Shown: piece by piece, positions 55,170 through 63,125 of the stretch | How positions within the stretch are numbered: position 1 is the stretch's first letter | How the letters are laid out: the number at the start of each line of letters is the position of its first letter | Source: Geobacter sp. | Lineage (GTDB): Bacteria > Desulfobacterota > Desulfuromonadia > Geobacterales > Pseudopelobacteraceae | Direction: 5' to 3' | DNA length: 63,125 nucleotides | NCBI GenBank assembly: GCA_027346925.1 | Contig: DAIERH010000001.1 | Location: 1 to 63,125, forward strand | Notes under the pieces: model-generated | Told to the model about the DNA's origin: nothing | Databases searched by the model: none | What the model saw: the letters and a program-made list of their open reading frames with translations, nothing else | Position numbers and translations under genes: made by a program

Positions 55170-56813
55170 TTGAAATCAAGCCAGATACAGGCCTTGGAGC
55201 GCCTCTACCGGCGGCGCGTCCCGCCGGCCGAATTCTGCACCCATGAACTGGCTGCCCGCCTCGTTGAGATATCATCCGACATCCGCCGCCAGGTCGGCAT
55301 CCTCGTCAACCGCTACGGCGTGGTGGAACATGTCATCTGCGGCGACGAAAAGGGGCTGGTCATCCCCGAATTGCGCGACTATCCCCTGGGGAAGCGCTCC
55401 CTTCGCGGCCTGCGCCTGATCCATACCCACCTGAAGAACGAACAGATCAGCGAGGACGACATCACCGACCTGTCGCTCCTCAGGCTCGACCTGCTGGCCG
55501 CCCTGCTGTTCACCCCCGGCAAACCGCAGATATTCGCCCAGATGGCCCACCTCTCCCCGGCCCACGGCGGGCCATCGGCCGTGGTCGAACCGGTCAGGCC
55601 CCTGGAACGGATCGACCTGGACTTTGCCCATTTCATCCCTGAACTTGAAGCCGACCTGGAGCGCGCCACCCGGCTGACGACCAAGGGCGGCGAGGCCCTG
55701 GAACGGGCCATCCTGATCTCGGTCACCATCACCGGCACGCGCCAGGAGGCGGAAGATTCCATCGCCGAACTGCGCGAGTTGGCCCGCACCGCCCGCGTGG
55801 AGGCGCTGGACGCCTTCATCCAGCGGCCGCGCAAGCTCAACCCCCGCTTCCTGATGGGAGAGGGCAAGATGCGCGACGTGGTCATCCGCGCCCTGCAACG
55901 GGGGGCCAGCATGCTGATCTTCGACCAGGAACTGACCCCGGCCCAGATCCGCTCCATCTCGGCCATGACCGAGCTGAAGGTCATCGACCGCAGCCAGTTG
56001 ATCCTGGACATCTTTGCCCGCCGCGCCAAGAGCCTGGACGGCAAGGTGCAGGTGGAACTGGCCCAGCTCAAGTACCTGCTGCCGCGGCTGACCGGCAGGG
56101 GGGTTCAGATGTCGCGCCTGATGGGGGGCATCGGCGGACGCGGACCGGGCGAGACCAAGCTGGAGACCGACCGCCGCCGCATCCGCGACCGCATCGCCAG
56201 CCTGGAGCGGGAGCTGAAGGAACTCTCCCGGGGCCGTGACCAGCGCCGCCGCCAGCGGGTCAAGGCCGGGGTGCCGATCATCTCCATCGTGGGCTACACC
56301 AATGCCGGCAAGTCCACCCTGCTGAACGCCCTGACCCAGAGTGACGTCTTCACCGAGGACCTGCTCTTCGCCACCTTGGACACCTCCACCCGCCGCCTGC
56401 GTTTTCCCCGCGAGCGGGAAGTGATCATCACCGACACGGTCGGCTTCATCCGTTCCCTGCCCGCGTCGCTCATGGGCGCCTTCAAGGCCACCCTTGAGGA
56501 GCTGAGGGACGCGGACCTGCTTCTGCACGTGGTTGATGCCGCCAATCCCCGTTTCGAGGATCAGATCGCCCAGGTGGGGCGTATCCTGGATGAGTTGGAG
56601 CTGGGTGACAAACCGCAACTGCTGGTGTTCAACAAGGCCGACCTGTTGGCGGAGATGAAGAAGGCTGATACCGTGGCCTTTCTCAAGGTGCGCCAGATCG
56701 CCCGCACCCGGGGCGGCATCACCGTTTCGGCCCGCGACCGCAAGAGCCTGGCTCCGTTGATCCAGGAGTTGCAGCAGCGCTTCTGGCCGGGGGAAGAGTC
56801 CCTCATGGATTGA
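55170..56813 (+). CDS. hflX: GTPase HflX
   Basis: HflX N-domain, G1 GYTNAGKST, DTVGF, NKAD. The only in-frame start at the ORF head is TTG (55170). Confidence 0.85.
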   Translation: MKSSQIQALERLYRRRVPPAEFCTHELAARLVEISSDIRRQVGILVNRYGVVEHVICGDEKGLVIPELRDYPLGKRSLRGLRLIHTHLKNEQISEDDITDLSLLRLDLLAALLFTPGKPQIFAQMAHLSPAHGGPSAVVEPVRPLERIDLDFAHFIPELEADLERATRLTTKGGEALERAILISVTITGTRQEAEDSIAELRELARTARVEALDAFIQRPRKLNPRFLMGEGKMRDVVIRALQRGASMLIFDQELTPAQIRSISAMTELKVIDRSQLILDIFARRAKSLDGKVQVELAQLKYLLPRLTGRGVQMSRLMGGIGGRGPGETKLETDRRRIRDRIASLERELKELSRGRDQRRRQRVKAGVPIISIVGYTNAGKSTLLNALTQSDVFTEDLLFATLDTSTRRLRFPREREVIITDTVGFIRSLPASLMGAFKATLEELRDADLLLHVVDAANPRFEDQIAQVGRILDELELGDKPQLLVFNKADLLAEMKKADTVAFLKVRQIARTRGGITVSARDRKSLAPLIQELQQRFWPGEESLMD

Positions 56814-56867
56814 CAACCCCCTCCCCTTCCCTGTATAGTCATCCAATCACATTCATCCCGGACCGCC

Positions 56868-58253
56868 ATGCAGGACCTCAAACACCTATCCAGCAAAAAG
56901 CGCTTTTTCGGCTTCAGCTTTTCCAGAACCAGTTCCAGCAACAGAAGGCTGACGGCTTCGGGCGACAACGTCCCCAAGGGGATGCATCCCCCCACGGGGA
57001 AACGCCGTGAACGCCTCAAGCATCTCCTCCTGTTTCTGGCCATCGTGCTGGCACTGACGCCGGTCTGCGTACTTGTGTTCCAGAAGGCGCCCCAAGCTTT
57101 CAAGGGTGCGGAAACGCTGATCAGATCACGTTTGGCTCCCCCCCCTTCCAGGGTGGAGGCTGCCAGACAGCCACCGGCCGACAGCTTCGAGACCGCCTGC
57201 CTGCTGCTCGATTCGGCAAGCACGACGGGGGAGCGGCTCACGGCGCTGACAACCGGCGGCGAGACCGTCAACTATACCATTCACGCCGATCTGCAGAAGC
57301 GGGTCCATGATTTCATGACCAGGTACCAGGTCCCCTATGGCGTGTTCGTGGCCATCGAGCCCTCAACGGGACGTATCCTGGCCATGACCGCCCACTCCTC
57401 CGTCGATTCACCCTGGGCGCGGGGCGCCTGCTTCGATCTGTATCCCATGGCGTCGCTGTTCAAGATCATTACCGCCTCGGCGGCGCTTGAGACCAAGCGC
57501 ATCACCCCGGAGACGGTGGTGGAGTTTCGCGGCCGCCCCTACTCCGAGAATCCCCGCTACTGGGACGCCAGCCCCAGGGGCAGAAACAACCGTATGGACG
57601 TGACCTATGCCATGGCCAAGTCCGTCAACCCGGTCTACGGACGGGTCGCCAGCGACATCGCCGGCAAGGCATCGGTCATGGAACTCGTGCAGCGCTTCGG
57701 TTTCAATCAGACACTGCTGGCCAACACCCCGGCCAAGGCGAGCAGGGCCGGAGAACCCCAGAGCGACCAAGGACTGAAACTGATGGGGGCCGGGCTCGAT
57801 CACGAGGTCAAGATATCTCCGCTGCACGCGGCGGTGATCATGGCCGCCATCGCCAATAACGGACGCATGATGTCCCCCAGCCTGACCGACCGGGTACTGG
57901 ACGGCAAGGGTGCGGTCAAGGAAACGCACACGCCGCGGGAGTTGCGGCGGCTGGTATCGCCCGAAACAGCGGCGGCCCTGACGCGGATGCTTTCCAGCAC
58001 CGTCACCAGCGGGACATCGCGGCGGGCCTTCCACGACCGGCAGGGACGGCCGCGCCTGAAGGTGGATATCGCCGCCAAGACCGGTTCCATCGACGGCAGC
58101 GATCCCAAGGGCCATTATTCCTGGTTTGCCGCATTTGCACCGATACGGCAGCCGCGCATCGCGCTGGTGGCATTGGTCATCAATCAGGACAGGTGGAGGA
58201 TCAAGGCGGCCCAGGTGGGTGAACAGGCATTGGAAGAGTTTTTCAGGAAATGA
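56868..58253 (+). CDS. penicillin-binding protein, transpeptidase domain
   Basis: N-terminal TM, SxxK (ASLFK), SxN (KSVN), KTG (KTGS). Confidence 0.8.
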   Translation: MQDLKHLSSKKRFFGFSFSRTSSSNRRLTASGDNVPKGMHPPTGKRRERLKHLLLFLAIVLALTPVCVLVFQKAPQAFKGAETLIRSRLAPPPSRVEAARQPPADSFETACLLLDSASTTGERLTALTTGGETVNYTIHADLQKRVHDFMTRYQVPYGVFVAIEPSTGRILAMTAHSSVDSPWARGACFDLYPMASLFKIITASAALETKRITPETVVEFRGRPYSENPRYWDASPRGRNNRMDVTYAMAKSVNPVYGRVASDIAGKASVMELVQRFGFNQTLLANTPAKASRAGEPQSDQGLKLMGAGLDHEVKISPLHAAVIMAAIANNGRMMSPSLTDRVLDGKGAVKETHTPRELRRLVSPETAAALTRMLSSTVTSGTSRRAFHDRQGRPRLKVDIAAKTGSIDGSDPKGHYSWFAAFAPIRQPRIALVALVINQDRWRIKAAQVGEQALEEFFRK

Positions 58254-58257
58254 TCGT

Positions 58258-58273
58258 GTAGGGGCGCCCCTAC
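58258..58273. repeat. perfect palindrome GTAGGGGCGCCCCTAC between convergent genes
   Basis: 16-nt perfect palindrome. Contains the lpxH stop codon (58270-58272) and begins 4 nt after the PBP stop. Confidence 0.7.
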
Positions 58274-59001
58274 GATTCGTCGGTTACATAGTTCTTTAAC
58301 AACAGTTCCCCCCCAACCATCTCGCCGTAGGTGAACCGTTCCATCCAGTCTCCCAGGGAGAGGATGATAAAGGGCGGTGTATCCAGTTCTTCGCGAAAGC
58401 CCAGGTGAAAGTGGCCGGTAACCAGCCCGTCACACCCCTGGCGTTGCAGGGTGCGGGCAAAGTCGCGGATGATGACACGATAGTCCCAGCGCGCGAGTTT
58501 GGCCGGGTACGCGGCGCGACTGGTGTGCTGGAGGCGCTCCTTGATCCGCACGGCCAGCTTCGGAGGAAAGTGGGCAACAGCGGTTGCGATGAACTGGTTG
58601 TGCAGCAACCGACGCAGCAGGCGGTAGCCATGGTCGGCAGCGTTGATCTGATCGCCGTGGCAGAGAAAGAGACGCCTTCCCTGCACCGTCAGGATGGCGG
58701 GGCCGGTGTGGATCTCGGCCCCCAGGCGCTCACGAAAGACATGGCCCAGATGAAAGTCGTGGTTGCCTTCGAAGTACACCAGGCGGCAACCGCTGGCCAG
58801 CAACGACCGCAGCGCATCCAGCACGGCATCGTACTGCCGGAAGGGGTTGGAGGGGAAACCCAGCCAGAAGTCGAACAGGTCGCCCATGATGAAGAGGGTC
58901 TCCGTGTTCCCCTTCAGTTCGGCCAGGAATTGCAGCAGCAGGCGGTAATTGCGGTCAACCGGTGTCCCCAGGTGGGCATCGGCGAGAAATATGGTTCGCA
59001 T
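58270..59001 (-). CDS. lpxH: UDP-2,3-diacylglucosamine diphosphatase
   Basis: MRTIFLADAHLG, GDLFDFWLG, EGNHDF, CHGD metallophosphoesterase motifs. ATG at 59001 inside track ORF 58270..59115. Confidence 0.8.
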   Translation of the reverse strand: MRTIFLADAHLGTPVDRNYRLLLQFLAELKGNTETLFIMGDLFDFWLGFPSNPFRQYDAVLDALRSLLASGCRLVYFEGNHDFHLGHVFRERLGAEIHTGPAILTVQGRRLFLCHGDQINAADHGYRLLRRLLHNQFIATAVAHFPPKLAVRIKERLQHTSRAAYPAKLARWDYRVIIRDFARTLQRQGCDGLVTGHFHLGFREELDTPPFIILSLGDWMERFTYGEMVGGELLLKNYVTDES

Positions 59002-59059
59002 GACGGGGATTGTGCGGTCACTCTCCCCGGAAGTCAACAGGGAATAGAGGTTTGATGCC

Positions 59060-59515
59060 ATGGCTTTCGTGCATAACGTGGAAATAGTTTGGGATGATCT
59101 GCTGGATGCCTTCACCAGTGGCCAGGGAGACCGGGTTTACTTCCTGGACCGCATGACCGGTGAGATTTTTTTTGTGCCTTCCGCCCTGGAGGACGAGGAG
59201 TTCTGGCGCCAACTGGAGCGCAACCGGGAACGCTTTCTGGAAATACCGCGCTTCGACTACGGCGTTGAACGCCAGATCATGTCCGGCTTCATCGGGGCCA
59301 TCGAGGATAAAGGGCTCAAACGGCTGCTGGACGGCTCGCTGGTCGGGAAAAAACCCTATGGCAAGCTGAACGACATCCTCTCCTTCTTCCCCGAGGAGAA
59401 CGAACGGCTGCTGGAGATCAAGGACGAATTCCTCACCAGCCGGGTCAAACACTGGCTTGAGGAGAACAACCTGTTCACCGTGGAGATGGAGGAGATGCTC
59501 GTATCCCGGATCTGA
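59060..59515 (+). CDS. UPF0158-family protein
   Basis: 151 aa: WDDLLDAFTSGQGDRVYFLDRMTGEIFFVP... typical of UPF0158. Confidence 0.6.
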   Translation: MAFVHNVEIVWDDLLDAFTSGQGDRVYFLDRMTGEIFFVPSALEDEEFWRQLERNRERFLEIPRFDYGVERQIMSGFIGAIEDKGLKRLLDGSLVGKKPYGKLNDILSFFPEENERLLEIKDEFLTSRVKHWLEENNLFTVEMEEMLVSRI

Positions 59516-59524
59516 GAGGACCTT

Positions 59525-60583
59525 ATGCATCACCCGCATCATGAAGTCCACGTCCGCAACGATTACGGCCGCCTGATCGCAACCATCCTGCTGCTCGGCC
59601 TGCTGGCGGCCTCGGGGTATGCCTTGCAGCATACCATCTCCTGTTTCCTGCTCTCCTGGGTGATCGCCTACCTGCTGGACCCCCTGGTGGTACGCACCGA
59701 AGAGCGAGGCCTCAAGCGGATCTACGCCCTTGGCCTGCTGTATGTCTTCCTCGGCCTCCTGACCATCTTCTTCTTCACCTTCATGGTTCCCAAGCTCACC
59801 ATGGGCTGGAACGGCTTCATCAATGACCTGCCGTTGTACATGCAGAAGATCAAACTGATCGTCACGGAGTGGAAGTCGCAGCTTCCCGACCGTTACGGCT
59901 CGGACGAGATCCAGTGGCTCCTTGACAAGCTCTCGGCCAACATCGACGCCGCCGTGGAGACAGCCGGAACGAAGTTCTACGGCTTCGGCACGCGCATCTT
60001 CTTCAACATCTTCAACATCGTCCTCTCACCGATCCTGGTCTTCTTCATGCTCTACTACAAAGAGACCGTCATAGAGACTCTCGCCTCATGGATACCCGAA
60101 CGCCACCGCGATCTCGTCCTGGCCATCGGCCAGGAGGTCAACAGCAGCATCGGCGGCTACCTGCGCGGCCAGGTGATCGTCTCCATCATCGTGGGGCTGT
60201 TGGCCTCGCTGTCGCTCTTTTTCATGGACATACCCCACCCGATCTTCTGCGGGGTCTTCGCCGGAATCGCCTCGATCCTGCCCTTCATCGGGGTGATCAT
60301 CGCCGTCCTGCCGGCGCTGTTCTTTACCTGGTTCAAGTTCCAGACCCTGTCTGCACTGGCCAAGACCGTCATTGCCTTTGCGGTGATATACTTCCTGGAG
60401 GGGTATATCATCAAGCCGGTGGTCTTCAAAAAGTCCATGAACCTCAATCCCCTGGTGACCATCATCATCGTCATGGCCCTGGGCGAACTGATCGGGTTCT
60501 GGGGAATCCTGCTGGCGCTCCCGGTCGCCTCGGCCATCAAGATCGCCTGGGGCCATATCCAGCAAGGCGATTTCAGGAGCTAA
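59525..60583 (+). CDS. AI-2E family transporter (PerM/UPF0118)
   Basis: 352 aa, about 8 TM, GYLRGQVIVSIIVG and LGELIGFWGILLALPV motifs. Confidence 0.8.
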   Translation: MHHPHHEVHVRNDYGRLIATILLLGLLAASGYALQHTISCFLLSWVIAYLLDPLVVRTEERGLKRIYALGLLYVFLGLLTIFFFTFMVPKLTMGWNGFINDLPLYMQKIKLIVTEWKSQLPDRYGSDEIQWLLDKLSANIDAAVETAGTKFYGFGTRIFFNIFNIVLSPILVFFMLYYKETVIETLASWIPERHRDLVLAIGQEVNSSIGGYLRGQVIVSIIVGLLASLSLFFMDIPHPIFCGVFAGIASILPFIGVIIAVLPALFFTWFKFQTLSALAKTVIAFAVIYFLEGYIIKPVVFKKSMNLNPLVTIIIVMALGELIGFWGILLALPVASAIKIAWGHIQQGDFRS

Positions 60584-60596
60584 TTTCAATCAGCGT

Positions 60597-60723
60597 TCAA
60601 GCCGACACCTTACCACCCCTAGCCCTTCAGGCCCAATGTTTGGGTCCTCCTGAAACAGGAGGGGAACTTTAAACTCCCCTCCTTACTAAGAAGGGGGTGG
60701 GGGGTGGTTGGGTGTCGACTTCA
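60597..60723 (+). promoter_or_regulatory. structured leader/palindromic element upstream of copA
   Basis: 23-nt outer inverted repeat (19/23) at 60597-60619 and 60701-60723. Inside it are overlapping hairpins CCTCCTG-AAA-CAGGAGG (60646-60662) and AGGAGGGGA...TCCCCTCCT (60657-60683). Confidence 0.45.
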
Positions 60724-60735
60724 GGAACCAAAACC

Positions 60736-63125
60736 ATGACAAAAACCGTATTGAAAATTACCGGCATGTCCTGCGCCAATTGCGCGGCCCGGATCGAGAA
60801 GGGTATCGGCGCGCGGGAGGGCGTTACATCGGCGGTGGTCAATTTTGCCACGGAAGAGTTGATCGTCAACCACGACGAGAACGCCATTGCCGCGGAGGAG
60901 ATCATCCGTGGCGTGGAGGGGCTGGGTTACGGTGTGATCCGCCCCGAACCGCCCGGCGAGATGACCTTTGCCGTCCGGGGGCTGCACTGCGCCTCCTGCG
61001 TCAACCGCCTGGAGGGCAAGCTGCTGGAACACCCGGCCATCACCACCGCCATCGTCAACCTGGCCGCAGAGACCGGTTTCGTGCGTTTCGATCCGGGACA
61101 GGTGGGGGCGGCGGAGATCTTCGCCATCGTTCACGCAGCAGGCTACACGCCGGTGGAGATGCGCGAAGCCGAGGCAGTCGGCCACGACGAACTGCGCTCC
61201 CAGCGCAACTGGTTCATCTTCTCCCTGGCGGCCTCGTTGCCGATCATGCTCACCATGGGGATGCACCACAACCGGGCCGTTATGCAGTTCAACTTCCTGC
61301 TGGCCACCGTGGTCCAGTTCTCGGCCGGCCTGATCTTCTACCGCGGTGCCTGGAGTGCGCTGAAAAATCGCGGCGCCAACATGGACGTGCTGGTCGCCCT
61401 GGGCACCTCGGCGGCCTATTTCTACTCCCTGGCCGCCTTTTCCGGTTTGCTGGGACCCGGCCGGGAGGTGTTCTTCGAGACATCGGCCTGGCTGATCACC
61501 TTCATCCGGCTCGGCAAATACCTGGAGGCCCGCGCACGGGGCAAAGCCGGCGAGGCGCTGAAGAAACTGCTGCACCTCCAGGCCGACAAGGCCCGCCTGG
61601 TAACCGAGCAGGGGGAAAAGGAGGTGCCGGCCTCCATCATCCGGGTGGGGGACGTGGTGCTGGTCCGCCCCGGCGAGACCATCCCGGCGGACGGCGAGGT
61701 TCTGGACGGCAGCGGCGCGGTGGACGAGGCCATGGTCACCGGCGAATCCATGCCGGTGCTGAAGAAACCGGGCGATACGGTTACCGGCGCCACCATCAAC
61801 AAAAGCGGCGTGCTCAGGGTGCGGGCCACCCGGGTGGGAGAGGCCACGCTCCTGGCCCAGATCGTTCGAATGGTGCGCGAGGCCCAGGGGGACAAGGCCC
61901 CCATCCAGCGCTTCGCCGACGCGGTCTCGGGGTGGTTCGTCCCGGCGGTGGTCCTGCTCAGTCTGGGGACCTTCCTGATCTGGTTCTTTCCCCTGCACGC
62001 CCCGTTTCTGACCGCCTTCCGCTTTGCCATCGCCGTGGTGGTGATCGCTTGTCCCTGTGCCATGGGGCTGGCCACCCCCACCGCCATCATGGTGGGGAGC
62101 GGCGTGGCCCTTGGCCGCGGCATCCTGGTAAAGAAGGGCTCTGCCCTGGAGACCATCTCGCACCTGGGGGTGCTGCTCTTGGACAAGACCGGCACCCTGA
62201 CCAGCGGTACCCCTGCCATGACCGACCTGGTCCCGGTTTCCCGGAACGTTGACCCGGAGCGGCTACTGGAGTGCCTGGCCACGGCCGAGGCCCATTCCAC
62301 CCACCCCCTGGCCCAGGCCGCGCTGACGGCTGCCGCGGAGGCCGGGGTGCAGCCCGGCGATGCCTCGGAGTACGAGGAACGGGGCGGTTTCGGCATCACC
62401 TGCTCCTACAACGGCTTCCGCCTGGCGGTGGGCAACGAACGCCTGATGGAGGAGGAGGGGATCGGCCTGGGGCATCTGGCGGACAAGGCCGGGGAACTGG
62501 CCGGCCAGGGCAAATCCCTGATCTACGTGGCCGCCGCCAACTCTCTGGTTGGCCTGGCCGCCTTTGCCGACACGCTCAAGCCCGGTACTATCGCGGCTAT
62601 TACCGAATTCCGGCGCCAGGGGATCCAGACCTGCATGATCACCGGCGACCGGGCCTCCGTAGCCGCCATCGTGGCCAAACAGGCGGGAGTGGACAGTTTC
62701 GAGGCAGAGGTCCTGCCGGGGCGCAAGCAGGAGGTGGTGAAGGAATACCAGCAGCAGGGGAGGATCACCGGCATGGTGGGCGACGGCATCAACGACGCGC
62801 CGGCCCTGGCCCAGGCGGACGTGGGCATCGCCATCGGCGGCGGCACGGACGTGGCCAAGGAGACCGGGGACATCGTGCTGATGCGGGACGACCTGATGGA
62901 CGCGGTGCGCGCCATTGCCATCGGCCGGGCCACCCTGGCCAAGGTCAAGCAGAACCTCTTCTGGGCGCTCTTCTACAACGTGCTAGGGCTCCCCATCGCG
63001 GCCGGCATGCTCTCCCGCTACGGCATCACCCTCAAGCCGGAATACGCCGGCCTGGCCATGGCATTCTCGTCCGTGTCGGTGGTGGTGAATTCCATTTTGT
63101 TGCGGCGGGTGGAACGGCAGTTGTA
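60736..63125 (+). CDS. copA: copper-translocating P1B-type ATPase, 3'-partial (runs off the window)
   Basis: Own translation: MTKTVLKITGMSCANCAARIEKG, second HMA GLHCASC, TGES, CPC (ACPCAMGLATP), DKTGTLT, GDGINDAP. Not in the ORF track because no stop is reached. Confidence 0.9.
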   Translation, partial: MTKTVLKITGMSCANCAARIEKGIGAREGVTSAVVNFATEELIVNHDENAIAAEEIIRGVEGLGYGVIRPEPPGEMTFAVRGLHCASCVNRLEGKLLEHPAITTAIVNLAAETGFVRFDPGQVGAAEIFAIVHAAGYTPVEMREAEAVGHDELRSQRNWFIFSLAASLPIMLTMGMHHNRAVMQFNFLLATVVQFSAGLIFYRGAWSALKNRGANMDVLVALGTSAAYFYSLAAFSGLLGPGREVFFETSAWLITFIRLGKYLEARARGKAGEALKKLLHLQADKARLVTEQGEKEVPASIIRVGDVVLVRPGETIPADGEVLDGSGAVDEAMVTGESMPVLKKPGDTVTGATINKSGVLRVRATRVGEATLLAQIVRMVREAQGDKAPIQRFADAVSGWFVPAVVLLSLGTFLIWFFPLHAPFLTAFRFAIAVVVIACPCAMGLATPTAIMVGSGVALGRGILVKKGSALETISHLGVLLLDKTGTLTSGTPAMTDLVPVSRNVDPERLLECLATAEAHSTHPLAQAALTAAAEAGVQPGDASEYEERGGFGITCSYNGFRLAVGNERLMEEEGIGLGHLADKAGELAGQGKSLIYVAAANSLVGLAAFADTLKPGTIAAITEFRRQGIQTCMITGDRASVAAIVAKQAGVDSFEAEVLPGRKQEVVKEYQQQGRITGMVGDGINDAPALAQADVGIAIGGGTDVAKETGDIVLMRDDLMDAVRAIAIGRATLAKVKQNLFWALFYNVLGLPIAAGMLSRYGITLKPEYAGLAMAFSSVSVVVNSILLRRVERQL

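Noticed and set aside
55272-56846. 524-aa minus-strand ORF
   Set aside because: It is antisense to hflX, which has G1/G3/G4 GTPase motifs.
60691-60712. Possible G-quadruplex in the G-rich tract AAGGGGGTGGGGGGTGGTTGGG before copA
   Set aside because: The tracts cannot be arranged into four G3 runs with loops of at least 1 nt without using two-tetrad stems, so it is not a canonical G4.
60708-62252. 514-aa plus-strand ORF and the 480-aa minus-strand ORF 60721..62163
   Set aside because: Both are wrong-frame or antisense shadows of copA. The true frame starts at 60736 and is open to the end of the window, which is why it is missing from the track.
1-63125. Search by eye for tRNA, rRNA, CRISPR arrays, intact IS elements, integrases and phage or defence gene clusters
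   Set aside because: None were recognised. The non-coding stretches longer than 150 nt (1-339, 9025-9676, 17840-18128, 18567-18734, 19146-19376, 24166-24353, 26811-27183, 38491-38667, 40810-41245, 44592-44871, 53832-54016, 60584-60735) showed promoters, hairpins and palindromes but no cloverleaf-like or direct-repeat/spacer structure. A covariance-model scan (tRNAscan-SE or Infernal/Rfam) would be decisive.

Overview
This is a 63.1-kb, roughly 60% GC chromosomal window. Gene content suggests a Geobacter/Desulfuromonadales-type genome: citramalate synthase, long chemoreceptors, a c-type cytochrome, fused LivM-LivG and stand-alone NuoEFG. That taxonomic call is my inference only. All calls come from reading the translated ORFs for family motifs and reading the DNA by eye; no searches were run.

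Gene order from left to right:
- Bcr-like MFS, cimA, a chemoreceptor and a periplasmic Cache protein.
- Minus-strand exporters (MFS-MFS-EamA).
- livH, livM-livG (fused), livF and three tandem paralogous binding proteins.
- A tandem USP and two orphan receiver proteins.
- RNase R, split by an apparent 1-nt deletion.
- tatC, pfk, an Rrf2 regulator with cydAB, and an SLT lipoprotein.
- A very long chemoreceptor, then trpA (no trpB), accD-folC and lptD.
- Minus-strand slt70, DUF815, two DUF507 genes and a monohaem cytochrome c.
- hemW, followed by an AT-richer islet carrying a decayed transposase-type HTH fragment and a MazEF-type toxin-antitoxin pair.
- nuoE, a minus-strand Cache hybrid histidine kinase, nuoF and a nuoG-like gene.
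- A minus-strand run: cbiA-like ATPase domain, TonB-like, TIM-barrel isomerase, DUF294-like, sodium:solute symporter with its DUF4212 small subunit, and trmB.
- A small membrane protein, fabI, hflX, a PBP transpeptidase, lpxH (minus), UPF0158 and an AI-2E transporter.
- A copper P-type ATPase that runs off the 3' end. It is absent from the supplied ORF track because it has no stop codon in the window.

I recognised no rRNA, tRNA, CRISPR array or intact IS element. I did not find an obvious new multi-gene defence-type system.

The most unusual signals are:
1. A 22-bp operator with CATG cores 12 nt apart occurs three times, each over the -10 box of a promoter (cimA operon, liv operon, exporter operon).
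2. The convergent nuoG-like and cbiA-like ORFs both lose homology at a perfect 16-bp inverted repeat at 47433-47480, which looks like a recombination or deletion scar.
3. There are several families of intergenic palindromes. GTAGGGG...CCCCTAC elements donate the stop codons of two genes, and a nested CACGAAA-arm element lies inside the DUF507-DUF815 operon. A decayed transposase-type fragment lies nearby.
4. The copA leader can form mutually exclusive hairpins.
5. A DUF294-like protein in a two-subunit symporter operon has both catalytic Asp residues replaced.

Many long ORFs in the track are antisense or alternative-frame shadows of real genes in this GC-rich DNA and were rejected.
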